Below are positions 13,994-26,476 of a stretch of DNA of 64,000 bases, piece after piece. The notes below the pieces were generated by a model. It did not search any database. It had not been told where the DNA came from and worked only from the letters and a program-made list of their open reading frames with translations. The translations under genes and the position numbers were made by a program. Origin of the DNA: Octopus sinensis. Its lineage: Eukaryota. Location of the stretch: positions 2,294,001 to 2,358,000 of the forward strand of contig NC_043022.1 in the NCBI RefSeq assembly GCF_006345805.1, written 5' to 3'. Position 1 is the stretch's first letter, and every line of letters begins with the position of its first letter.

Positions 13994-14499
13994 ATTTAAA
14001 AATATAGTGTAAAGCCGGAACAATACCAGAAGTTACAAACTAAACCTCAATACATACATACATATATATATGTGTGTGTATATATAGACTCATACACACG
14101 TATGCCTACACCGTGGTGGGTTGACTCAGCCTACTTACTTTCCTACATAATAGGTGAATTGTTAGCCACATTTATGCAGTTATTAAATGGTAAATCTTTT
14201 AATCCGGGGGTGGGGAATTAATGTAAGGGAAAAAAAAATAGAGAGAGAGAAATAACCTCTTCGAGTCACTGCTTTCCAACGTAATTTTTTTTTGTTGTTT
14301 TTTTTTCTTTATTATTATTATTGTTTGTTTGTTGTTGGTATGCTATTTGCGTATCAATTGATCAGCTGACTACTACAACTACTACTACTACTATTATTAG
14401 TAGTATTATTGTTATTATTATTATTATTCTGTTGGGGAGAGAATAGAGACGGCTAAATTCATCATTGTTGGCAGCAGCTGTTGGTTGGCAAGACTTCTT

Positions 14500-15073
14500 T
14501 ACTATGTCACGCTACTTCCTGTCTGTAAAAGGATACTAGGATGCAACCAGCAGCAGCAGTAGTAGTAGCAGTAGTCACAGCAGTAGCAGCAGCAGCAGCT
14601 CGCAGTTGCCTGCTCCTTCTTTCGCCGCCTGGTACAGGTCAGAAGAGTAACCAGGTCATGAGTACTTAGCCTCCTACTCCCCTCACACTGTAGACTGTCA
14701 GTCTGAAGGTGAAGGACAAAACGCAGCGCTTTCTCCTCCTCCTCTTCCTCATGCTCTCCCTCCCTTTCTATTTCCTCCTCCTCCTCCTCCTTACACTACA
14801 CATAGGTGCTGCGCGCGCGAGTGTGTATACGCGCGCGCCTGCCCCTCCTCCCCTCCGCCTATCACACAAGCACCTTGGGCTACAGCGATTAAAATGTTGC
14901 CTAGTAATTTTCCCCTTCGATCGATAAATCCTTCGAATAAAAGAAAATACGGTGAAGCCTGGTGTTCTCTCTTTCTTTCGTCTTTTCTCTTCTTCCATTT
15001 GAGTCATGGAAATTTCAAATAGACGACAGAAGGTGTATATTATTATTATATAGTTTTGTAAGTGAATCAGCCC

Positions 15074-15111
<38 letters not shown>

Positions 15112-15230
15112 ACAGTTTAATTAGTAGACTACTACTGACTGCCGCCGACTTGTAACATACTCACTGGTGTATGAATAGTGCTGGAGTAGAAGTATGAGGG
15201 AGGGGGATGGAAAGAGGGGTAGCAGGAGGG
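14500..15230. promoter_or_regulatory. GC/CpG-rich promoter-like region, probable 5' end of the + strand gene
   Basis: (CG)n runs, CCCCTCCTCCCCTCCGCC GC-box-like tract, CT-rich and CAG tracts, candidate donor near 15033-15035, and local depletion of SINEs. Confidence 0.5.
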
Positions 15231-15570
15231 GGGAGCGATCTAGAAATCTCTATGGAGATGGGAATCAAATGTTTTGATTGATTTTGTTTTGTAGATGACG
15301 AGAGAGCACGCGCATATGCACACACGTGTTTGAGTTACATATGCGTGTATACATATTTATGTATATATATATATACACGTACATACTCATTCTCCCCTCT
15401 TTGGCCTTCTGTTTTGCTGCCACGAGTGGAAAGCTTTTAAAATGGGGGACTGTCATTTATTGTGTATGATTTTTAATATATAATATATATGGGACGAAAG
15501 CGTTAAGCAGTGATGTGTATAATAAATACAAACTTGTTACCAGTTTCAAATATGCTAGAGGCATACTTGT

Positions 15571-15741
15571 TATATATATATATAAATGTGTTTGTGTCTG
15601 TGTGTATATATATATATATATATAAATGTGTTTGTGTCTGTGTGTATATATATATATATATAAATGTGTTTGTGTCTGTGTGTATATATATATATATATA
15701 AATGTGTTTGTGTCTGTGTGTGTATATATATATATATATAT
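15571..15741. repeat. Four copies of (TA)n-AATGTGTTTGTGTCTGTGTG
   Basis: Direct inspection. Confidence 0.9.
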
Positions 15742-15742
15742 A

Positions 15743-15970
15743 ATTTCAACAACATTGAGGAACGGCACCGATAGGCCATTCGACCCACTAGAAAGAGCAG
15801 CCAAGACTCAAACCGCTAAATAGTAGTAATTCAGAAATTAAAGGAAAATTAAAAAACATTTACCCTATTTATCTTTAGACAATGCATTGTTTCGACGTTC
15901 TTTATGGCAAACCAGCCTAATTAAATTAAATTTAATCTCTATTGAATTTTTTGCTACCCTTATATTGATT

Positions 15971-15975
<5 letters not shown>
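15743..15975 (-). mobile_element. (TA)n-inserted element related to 16863-17198, with the 3' half of a hammerhead
   Basis: Shared cccactagaaa..cagccaa..caaccgc..aaata and cccttatattgattaa motifs; minus strand GAAAC-AATGCATT-GTC at 15893-15878. Confidence 0.5.
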
Positions 15976-16032
<57 letters not shown>

Positions 16033-16268
16033 TTATAGACACATTACACACGGGCATACTTGAGAACTTAGGTCGATAATTGGTTCCAAGACATGCGACG
16101 GGTTCGCAAGAAACGACGTAACGTGAACATTAACAAAAAATTCTTTAAGCTCAGTATGTTTTAATAAATGGTTAGTTCGTATTTTCATTCGATTTTTCTT
16201 TTCTATCACTTCAGTATTGTCTCAAAAAAATTTTTTTCGGAGGGATGGGGGTGTCTTAAAAAAAATTA

Positions 16269-16688
16269 GGATCTTTTCGGTTTGAACGGCAGTTTTTTTC
16301 TAGCGGTGTCATATGAAATTGTCACCCATAATTATGACCCTAGTATCGATCTATTGCATTTCAATCTGTTTTAGATTTAGGGTTAGGATTAGGGGGGAAG
16401 AGTATCTTTTTTTCTTCACAAATGTAAATAATCCCCATCCTTTTCTTAAACGAGGGACATATTCATACGGCACAGAATGTTATTTACCTCAATAGACGTC
16501 ATTGATTGGTTGAAATTGCAGAAATTGAAGAAAAAAAACCCAACAAATATCTAACAAACTATAGAATTTTCTCAATAAAGACAAGAGAAAAAGATGTTCT
16601 ATAAACACATTCTACCAGTATACGAAGTTTAAAAGTGTTTAGTTACGGGGAAATTATTTTAAAAACTGCCGTTCAAACCGAAAAGATC
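16269..16688. mobile_element. MITE with 28-bp TIRs, probably Mutator-like; partial older copy at ~20579-20800
   Basis: GATCTTTTCGGTTTGAACGGCAGTTTTT ... AAAAACTGCCGTTCAAACCGAAAAGATC with apparent 9-bp TSD AAAAAATTA. Confidence 0.7.
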
Positions 16689-16862
16689 AAAAAATTATGC
16701 TTTTTAATATGATAGTTGAGGTCAACCGTAAAGTGGGATAAATCGACTGAAGTTGAAAGTTTTATTTCGAAAATAGGAAAAAGAAAAAAGGCGTAACTCG
16801 AAAATACGTAAGTTTAAGTATGCCTCCGTTTACAAACATAATATATATATATATATATATAT

Positions 16863-17198
16863 AATTAATCAATATAGGGTGGCAAAAAATTTTGTAGAAT
16901 TTTTTTGCCACCAGCGGCCTAGTGGGAAAAAATTAAATAGTCATAGACCATTTTTAAGTTCAACATCACAATCAAGGAACGGCCATAATAGGCAATTCAC
17001 CCACTAGAAATAACAGCCAAAAGCTTCAACCGCAAAATAACATCAATTCCGTAAACCAGGAGAAAATTAAAAAATTACAGGGTAAATGTTTTTTAATTTT
17101 CTCCTGGTTTACGGAATTGATGTTATTTTGCGGTTGAAGCTTTTGGCTGTTATTTCTAGTGGGTGAATGGCCTATTATGGCCGTTTCTTGATTGTGAT
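16863..17198. mobile_element. (TA)n-inserted fold-back element, Penelope-like
   Basis: Inverted arms 16965-17074 and 17089-17198 (2 mismatches in 110 bp), flanked by (TA)n; similar to 15743-15975 and 22520-22635. Confidence 0.55.
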
Positions 17199-17204
17199 AT
17201 ATAT

Positions 17205-17236
<32 letters not shown>

Positions 17237-18102
17237 GTGTCTGTAATGTATTACTGATAAACAGTTTTTTTTGGTGTTTACGTTCCTACATACGTAAAGG
17301 GTCATTCACCGATGGGCACACCTTGTATTTTTAAATTCCCTTCTCCAAACACTTAAGTATGCCAGAGTATTTTACTACCATTTACATTTAGCAGTTTACA
17401 CTGAGAAGAAAAAGAAAAGAAAGTATCTTGGCTGTTGTTGTTGTTGTTGCTATTTTAGGTCATTCGCTGCAGTAGCAACCTTTTGTTAATCAGAGCAATA
17501 CTCTGACTTAGATATATTTCATCCTTTATTATAATTCTTAGCATTTGTGTAAGCAAGTGTCAAAACAAGGTCAGCTACGGTTTTCTGCAGGATCTGACCT
17601 AGTTTAGGGTAAACTATCATTGAGTCAGGGAGAGAGGCGGGAAGAGGAGGAGGAGGTGTGGTGGTGGTGGTGGGGAGGATGGAAAGGCCTGGTGCCAGAG
17701 GAGTGGGTTGTCCTCATCATGACTTGTTGTTACCCACCTACAGCCAGCCAGCCTGATAGCCTCATTCTGGTTTTTATGTTTGCCAGTGCTAACACACTTA
17801 AAAATAGTGGCAGGAAACAGCATTCTCCCCTCCTCCTCCCCCCAAGCACTGCCTATATATCTATCTATCTATCTATCGTCTCTCTCTTTCTCTCTGTGGG
17901 AATAGTCCAACTTTAAACTACAATGTTGCTGGGAAGTAGAGGGAGGAGAGAGAGAGAGACAGTGTGTGTGAGAGGGAGGAAAAATAAATAAATGTTTTAA
18001 GAGGTTGGAGCTGGAATTCAGATTCTGTGGCTAGAGTTTATTTGGAATTGGTGCTAGATATTACTGTTGAGAACATATATAATATATATATATATGTATG
18101 TG

Positions 18103-18149
<47 letters not shown>

Positions 18150-19314
18150 TGTGTGTGTGTAATATGCTGAACAGAAAGGTATTAGAAGTGTGTGTGAGAG
18201 AGAGAGAGAGAGGAGGAAGAGATGTTTTGTGGTTGGTATGGCTAGAGAGAGAAACTGCTAAATAGAAAACAAGTCTATCAGCCAGAGCTAGCCTTGATAT
18301 TATGATGAATAACACTGCAGTGAAATCTAAGTGCTATGTTGTTTGTATAGTATTCACCATGCAGGGCGAACTAAAACAGTAGATGCATGGGAGAAAATTT
18401 TGTTGGCTGAGAGGAGAAGAAGCAGGAGAGAAGTGGGGGGGGGGGAAACACCATTTTTTTTTAAAGAATATTTTGGTTTTTTTGCATAGACAGGTATCCC
18501 CTTAACAGGAGGGGACTTTCTGAAGAATGGTGGCGGATGAAGCTCCTAATAGAAGTTGTTTTATTTGTATCATTACTTTATAGATTAATAAAAGCAGTTT
18601 TCTGAAAGCTAATAGTTTAATCCCGATGTGGGTGTCGTGTTGTTTGGAAAACAATGGCTGTTTTAATTAATCTAGTTATGTTTTCGTTTGAGTTAAAAAG
18701 AAGAAGAGGGAAAAAGCATTCTTGGAAAAGTGTGGGGAGGTTTGTGTCGAATTCGATTAGGTTTTTAATATGTAGTTTCTTTTTTTTTTTTTTTTGGGAT
18801 AAAATATCTGATTTGTCTTATAATAACAAACAGCAGCTTGCGTCACTTGAATAGCAACAAGATCAAAGAATTGAAAGTCACAGGAGATGAAGAAGAAGAA
18901 GAAGAAGAAGAAGAAAGTAGTTTGTTGCAAATTCTTCAAATGAACCAACCTAAAGCTCTTTTCAACATGAAAGATCTTTGTTCTATAACCTTGACATATT
19001 CTAACATTTTCCTCCACTCCTGCTACACCGCCTTATTTTGTATGTATGTGTGTGTGAGATAGTGCATCTTCATTTGATAAATCATGTGACAAGCATCTTT
19101 ACTTATTTCATAGAAGCCATGTCTGCAGCCATTAAGATTCTTAAGAGGAAGGCACAAGAGAGAATCAGTTAATATTCACTGTAGCTTCACCCCCACCCCC
19201 ACCACCCCATCTCTCTTTTTCCCTCCACTTCTGCCTCCTCATCTCCTAATCTGAAATCTTTTTGTATAGTTTATCACAAGTAATGTCAAGAATTGGTATT
19301 CTTGCTCAATAGTT

Positions 19315-19886
19315 CTATGTATTTATCTATCCATTCATCTATCCATCTTTATGTTCCTCTATCCATCCATCTCTATCTATCTACCCTTTATACCTCTCTC
19401 TATTTCCATCTCTATCTATCCATCCATCCCTATCTATCTGTCTTTCTATTTATCTACCATTTATATCTATCTCTCTATGTATGTATATATCTATCTATCT
19501 ATCTCTATCCATCTATCTCTATCAACCCTTTGTACCTATCTCTCTTTTTCCAACTCTGTATCCATCCATCCCTAGCTATCTGTCTATTTATCTACCCTTT
19601 ATATCTATCTCTCCATCCATCCCTCTCTATGTATGTATCTATCTATCTCTATCCATCCATCTCTATCAACCTTTTATACTTATCTCTTTCCAACTCTCTC
19701 CATCCATCACTATCTATCTGTCTATCTATTTATCTACCGTTTATATCTATCTCTCTATCCATCCATCCATCCATCTATCTATCTATCTATCTATCTGCCC
19801 ATCCATCCATCCATCTCTCTAGATATCCACCCATCCCCCCCCTCTCTATCAACCTAGCTATCAATCTCTTCCTCCCTATCTATCCT
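19315..19886. repeat. Complex (CTAT)/(CCAT) low-complexity tract
   Basis: Direct inspection. Confidence 0.9.
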
Positions 19887-20197
19887 TAATTTGTTTTTGA
19901 ATTCAGGCTTCTATATAAATGTGATGCTGATCAGTTTGCAGTTTTTTGTCCCTTTTTACAATGATTAATAAACCAGTGTGTGTTATTTCATTGTTGTTTG
20001 TTTGTTTATAACATTGGTGTTTTTATATATATAAATTAAAAATTCCAAGTATATGGATGGCAAAGGGATCATACATGATAGATTGGTGTGTTTCTTTTGT
20101 AAAGAAAATCTCAAGACATTCGAAACACTGCCAAGCTGAGACTAAAAGTATTCTGCTCAGTATTGCAACATTATTATACATCCCAGGTTGGGTTGTT

Positions 20198-20284
20198 CTT
20201 GTTCCACGGATCCGCAACCCGGACGGAGAAAGCTCCTCTCCTTCGATTGAGATGAAATCGTCGCAGGTAGAGCTTTTCGGAATG
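20198..20284 (-). mobile_element. Short internal CR1-clade LINE ORF2 fragment
   Basis: Translates to HSEKLYLRRFHLNRRRGAFSVRVADPWNK, matching the CR1 F-S-x-R-V-x-x-x-W-N motif. Confidence 0.7.
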
Positions 20285-21592
20285 AGTTTTTTAGACAAGA
20301 CCCACTGTAACAAGCAGCTGTTCAATTTGTTTCACTGTTGTTTCACTCATTAGACTGTGGCCATGCTGGAACACTGCTTTTGGTCAAACAAATCAATCCC
20401 AGGACTTATTCTTTGTGGGCCTAGTATTCTATTAGTATCCTTTGCCGAAACAGTGAGTTACGAGGACATAAACACACTAACATCGGTTGTCAAGCATTGG
20501 TGATGGGGACAAACACAGACACACAAACATATATATATGTGTATATATACACAATGTATATATACACAATGAGCTTCTGGATCTTTTCCTTTTGAACAGC
20601 ACTTTTCAACACAATTTCTAGTTAACTAAACACTCTTAAACTTCGTATACTGGTAGAATGTGTTTATAAAACATCATTTTTTCATGGCTTTATTGAGAAA
20701 ATTCTAAATGTTGTAACATATTTCGTCTTTAATTTCGAGCATTTCGGCAATTTTAACCAATCACTGGAGTCCATTTAGGTAAATAACATTCTGTGCAAAG
20801 AAGAAAGAGTAAAACCTCTTCAACTGTTTCCCTTACAATAAAGCATATGAAACAGTGATGGAAGAATGTTTCACTGTTTGGTTAACAAAACTATTTGTAT
20901 GAAGGAACCTTTTTATATAAAAATGGTTGTTTTGGATCTATAGGTTAGAACCAATTATTTTCTCAGATATTGGGGGCATTTTGTTTGTTTTTTTCTTCAC
21001 TTAGTTATTTAAGAGTCCTCACAGATATGAAAATTAAGCTTGTAATCCCAAAAATGTGTTTAGATTGTTTATTTTGCTAAATTTTTACAAAAGAATATTA
21101 GAACTATAAACATATAGATTACCCATATTATAAACTTAAGTCATTCATCAAAGATTGGTTATCTAATGCAGATACAATCTAGTTTTAATAATTTGGGGGG
21201 TTTTGGAGTTGTGTCCCTTTGCTTATTTGGTCAGAATTATTTATGCTAATAATGTTTTCCACCTCTTCACAACAGGTGTAATTGTAATTTCGTTTTTGGT
21301 TCACTCTGTTGACTACATTAGCTCCCACTCCTACTATTCTATTAGCTGCTGTTATAATACTAGACTGTAGTCTTCTTGATTGGTTAGAGGTCATTGACTT
21401 GAAATTTTTGTAAGTAACCAAATAAATCTTGTTCGTTTTTGATTACTGTTGCAGGGTGTGACCTAGAAGTAGGGTAGAGGGGAGTATGACAACTTTGGGT
21501 TTTGTTTATCAGGTTGCTATGTAGACAGGGTGTACAACATGCATAGTTGAAGTATAACCGACAAGCTGTAAACAGAGAGGTTATTTGGTGTA

Positions 21593-21609
21593 ATGAGCAT
21601 GGTTATCAG
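21593..21609 (+). CDS. Putative first coding segment (MSMVI+AG) at the end of exon 21455-21609 of an unidentified large gene
   Basis: Acceptor ttgttcgtttttgattactgttgcag|G at 21455 and donor CAG|gtaaag after 21609. ATG 21593 has an in-frame upstream TAA. The phase-2 end matches the phase required by exon 26477. Confidence 0.5.
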
Positions 21610-21932
21610 GTAAAGAATAATAATTTCATTACTTCTCAAATTAGCAAAGGCTGGCAGCCTGTATTTATGCAAGATTTATTTTAAAACCTTTCACACTGAT
21701 ACAATATTACAATATTCTGGGTGTATTTTTAGAATATCCTCTTGATTAGCAAACTTTTGACATTCTGCTGTTAAATGAGCCATTCGTTAAAAGATATTAA
21801 TTATGAAGAGGATTTAATATCATTAAGGAGGTCAACTGTAGGTCAGTAACAGGGTTTTCCAACTTTTTGCATTGTATACAGCTATTTAGCCGTAACTCTT
21901 CATTTTTAGTTTTGCAGGTAATTTTACTGTTT

Positions 21933-22247
21933 GCGCGTCATTTAACCCCTTTCGTTTGTGTGTATTTAACCCCTTTCGTTTGTGCATCATTTAACTCCTT
22001 TCATTTGTGTCATTTAACCCCTTTCGTTTGTGCGTCATTACCCCCCCCCCCCTTGTGTGTCATTTAACCCCTTTCGTGTCATTTAACCCCCCCTTCGTTT
22101 GTGTGTATTTAACCCCTTTCGCTTGTGCGTCATTACCCCCCCCCCCCTTGTGTGTTATTTAACCCCTTTCGATGTGCATCATTTAACCCCTTTCGTTTGT
22201 ACGTTATTTAACCCTTTCATTTGTGCGTCATTTAACCCCCTTCGCTT
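21933..22247. repeat. Minisatellite, ~25-bp unit CATTTAACCCCTTTCGTTTGTGCGT, about 12-13 copies
   Basis: Direct inspection. Confidence 0.9.
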
Positions 22248-22760
22248 GTATATATATATGTATATTTGTGTGTGTGTGTGTATGTATATATGTGTGTGTG
22301 TGTGTTTGTCCACCCACCATCCCTTGACAACTGGTGTTGGTGTGTTTATGTCCCCGTAACTTAGTGGTTCATCAAAAGAGACCGATGGAATAAGTACTAG
22401 GCTTACAAAGAATAAGTCCTGGGGGCGATCTGTTCAACTAAAAGCAATACTCCAGCATGGCCGCAGTCAAATGACTGAAACAAATAAAAGAATATATATA
22501 TGTATGTATATATATATACAACAATAGTATTAAGGAATGACCCTGACAGGCCGTTCAACTCACTTGAAAAGAGCAGCTAAACTCAAACTGCAAAATAGTA
22601 GTAATTCTGAGCTACCCTTATATTGATTAATTAATATATATATATATATTATAATAATAATAATAATAATATGAGGGAATATTATTCCAAACCTACAGGG
22701 AAAAATTCAATTTAGAAATACTAAATCAAATTTCAAAAAATATAATATCTCTCTCTCTCT

Positions 22761-22810
<50 letters not shown>

Positions 22811-23502
22811 TATATATTGTGTCTTGGGAGAGCTATTACACCAATAATATGACACCCGTTCAATTCCACTTCTTTATTATTAGTCAATTGGTTAAGCGTC
22901 CATTCAACTAATGAATCAATTATTTGTATAACATGTTGGTTAAACAGTCATTCAGTTTATTTGTTTGTCAAAGTTCTTTCATTGCCGTTTGCAACCTTTT
23001 CAGTGACTCATGATCTCCCAAATGGCTTTGAAGGCTGTTTTCATGTGTATGTGTATGTATATTTATATATATGTGTATGTGTGTGTGTGTGTGTATACAC
23101 ACGCATTCATATATATTTGTAATAAAAGTTCATGGTTATAACCATGTACACATGTTTTGTGTATGTATGTATATACTTTACATAAAGAATAAAGATCCTT
23201 CCTGAGTCATATAGACTTGTAGAGTCAGTTTCCTGGCTCCCATGATGTATATATATTTCCCTCTTGGACAGGTTGCTGGCCCATTGTAGGATTACTCATT
23301 TTGGCCAGCTGAGTGGACTGTGGAAACATGAGATGAAGTGTTTTGCACACGAACTCAAGACATCGCACATTCCCAGGAATTGAAACCACAATCTCATGAT
23401 CATGAGTTCAACATCCTAACCACTAAGCCATCCACCTCCATGTATGTGTGTGTGTGTGTGTCTGTGTGTATATCTCTCTTTCTCTCTTTTACTTGTTTCA
23501 GT

Positions 23503-23871
23503 CATTTGACTGAGGCCATGCTGGAGCACCGCCTTTTAGTCGAATAAATCGGCCCCAGGACTTATTCTTTGTAAGCCTAGTACTTATTCTATCAGTCTCT
23601 TTTGCTGAACCGCTAAGTTATGGGGACGTAAACACACCACTGTCGGTTGTCAAGCAATGGTGGGGGGACAAACACAGACACACATACATATATATATATA
23701 TATACATATATACGACGGGCTTCTTCCAGTTTCCGTCTACCAAATCCACTCACAAGGCTTTGGTCAGCCCGAGGCTATAATAGAAGACACTTGCCCAAGG
23801 TGCCACGCAGTGGGACTGAACCCGGAACCATGTGGATGGTAAGCAAGCTACTTACCACACAGCCACTCCTT
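23503..23871 (-). mobile_element. Dominant CORE-type SINE copy
   Basis: Full-length match to the family. Confidence 0.85.
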
Positions 23872-24438
23872 ATATATATATAAAATCAAGATTTAGTTAT
23901 GTTTTTGTGTGCATGTATGTACATATATGTCTAAACATTTTAGAGATCTAGCCTAGCACCCACCCTAGACACCGATGTTTAAGGATCTAGGCAACTGTAA
24001 ATTCTAGATTATAATGTTTAGAGAGTGACCACCCCTTCAGTGTTGCTGATAACTTCAAATTAGGGTTTGAGTTAGGACAGTTAACACTATCATAGCAGGA
24101 TGTGTAAGTGAAGTGCTGTTGTTATGCTGAGATAAATCTTAAGAATTTAAGGATGTTGAGTTTTGGGGATTGGCACAATTATTGTTGTAGGTGGGGAGGT
24201 GATGTTTGACGCATATAAAGTGGGTGGACGTACTAAAGATATTATAACAGAACTTGTGATATCTTAATATGGTTAACGCTTTCTAGTTAAACTTTTCATC
24301 AATTTTAGTATTCATTCTGATTTAACATAACCTTCAGTCAGGAATTCAAACTATTGTAACTTTATCTACAGCTGCTATGTTGTATCTGAGGAGGATATGG
24401 TTGGGATTAGTTGGCTTGGCTAAAAGACTGGCAAATGT

Positions 24439-24882
24439 TTAAGCCGTTAGCATTTAAACTAGCCGTATCCAGCCGAAATGTTTTGCTGCTTTTATGTTCA
24501 AACCGGCCAGATCCTGCATCTCATACTCACCCTACAATGTCGTAATAAAAATAATCACATCATCGAAATCATGAAGCCACAAGACAAATCCCTGATGAAT
24601 TCAAAACAATATTAAGAAATAAGTATTAGATTCGACAGAACAATCTAAATGCTGAAGGGTTAACCCCTTTTGTACTGTATTTATTTTGAGATGCTCTGTG
24701 TTTCTTTCAATTATTTTAAATATAACAAAGAATTTAGTAAAATAACTTCGTTATCATTGAGCTAGTGTTAGGAACATAAATTGCGACTAAGATTTGGAGG
24801 AAGATTTTAATTCAAAACTTATGAAAACAAGACATTTATACTAAAGAGCCAGATTCAGCCGGGTTGGTAACGAAAGGGTTAA
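24439..24882. mobile_element. Two abutting piggyBac-like MITEs (family B then A) sharing the TTAA at 24660-24663
   Basis: ...GAAGGG-TTAA-CCCCTT... junction; outer TTAA at both ends. Confidence 0.75.
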
Positions 24883-25459
24883 TGAGCTTCAGTGGTGCAC
24901 TCAGTTTTAAAGATTGGCACCAATTTAAGACCCATAGAGGCCTCAAGTACTTGAAAGGTTTTGGTGCCCTCAAGTATATGTAAATGGTTCAAAATGTAAA
25001 CAATAGTAGTAAGTAGCTTGCTTACCAACCACATGGTTCCAGGTTTAGTCCCACTGCGTGGCACCGTGGGCAAGTATCTTCTACTATAGCCTCGGGCCAA
25101 CCAAAGCCTTGTGAGTGGATTTGGTAGACAAACTCTGTAAGAAGCCCATATGTGTGTGTGTGTGTGTGTTTGTGTCTGTGTTTATACCCCTCTTCACTCC
25201 TTGACAGCTGTTGTTGGTCCCTGTAACTCAACGATTCGGCAAAAAGACTGATAGAATAACTCTTGGGTTTTAAAGAAAAAAATCCTGGGGTTGATTTGTT
25301 CAACTAAAACCCTTTAAGGCAGTGCTCCAGCATGGCTGTAACTGAAACAAGTGAAAAAATTAAAGAATATATGCTATTTTCCTTTTATATATTCATCTTG
25401 AAAACCAGGGCAGACTATACTATAGAACGCAGATTTAAAAATTTTTTTATTCAGTGTAT

Positions 25460-25987
25460 TATTTATTTTATTTTTATTTTATCTAGTTTCAGCTCATGAG
25501 CTGTGGCCATGCCGGGGCACCACCATTTGTTGTTGCTACATGATTTTACTTCACGAATGCTTTTTAGCAATTGCCATTTGGTGCATGAGAGAGTTCGATG
25601 CAGCTGCCCTCATCTGCACCTCCTGCCGTGAAGTTGGTTCATCTGGGACACCTGACAGGAAGAGATCCAGTTTTATTTTAAAGACATCTGCATCCACCCC
25701 ATGAAGGATATTGAAGAGCTGTGGGCCTCTGAAGCCCAGGCTATCACAGTATCTTGTCCTACATCTTGATGGCAAATTTGGAGTTCTTGGCACTATGCAG
25801 TGGCGCCTAGTTCTAGTATTTGTGTAACTCTTGATGCCAAAGTTTGGGACAAGTCCTTCTAGGATCTTCCAGATGTATATTATGACATATCTTTCTCGCC
25901 TTCGCTCTAAGGAATAGAGTCTTAATCTCTTGAGTCTTTCCCAGTAGCTTATATGCTGCACAGAGGCTATCTTCTTCGTGTAGTTTC
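25460..25987 (-). mobile_element. 5'-truncated CR1/L2-type LINE (ORF2 C-terminus, 3' UTR and TAAAA-repeat tail)
   Basis: ORF 25961-25551 contains SYWERLKRLRLYSLERRRERY...FKIKLDLFL, a typical post-RT motif of the CR1/L2 group. Confidence 0.85.
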
Positions 25988-26476
25988 ATTTTTATTTGTT
26001 CCGAAATAGTGTTGATTGTGTGTATACAATATGTAGAGACTGAAATCAAATTGCCGAGAACCTGTGGGGAAAAAAATAGAAAAAATATCCTAGCTATGAG
26101 CTTTTGCTATTAAAATTTACTCGTCAGTAACTATCTTGGGAATTAATATATCGGGCAAAAATTTTCCTGATGAATTTATTGCCCTTATGACTAACATGTA
26201 TGTGCATGCATGTCTATATCTGCATAAAAATATTTATTATATATGTATATTATACTCAAATTTCGATTATTATTATTTTCTTTTTTCCAATTATTGATTT
26301 GTACGAAGGCTTAATAAGCGATAAGTCTTTTCCATGTGGTCTTACAGTTGATTAGATTTTGTTAATCTCATTTTATGATTTTTTTTTCAAAAAATATGCA
26401 AATAAATTGCTGATACGTGTGCTTTTATCTGATAAGCTTCATTATTAAAAATATTTTTTCCTTTTATTATTTTCAG

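Noticed and set aside
19293-19889. 198-aa ORF
   Set aside because: Translation of a CTAT/CCAT low-complexity tract.
21933-22247. CRISPR-like periodicity (also 29695-30006)
   Set aside because: Head-to-tail units without unique spacers, in a eukaryotic context with no cas genes.
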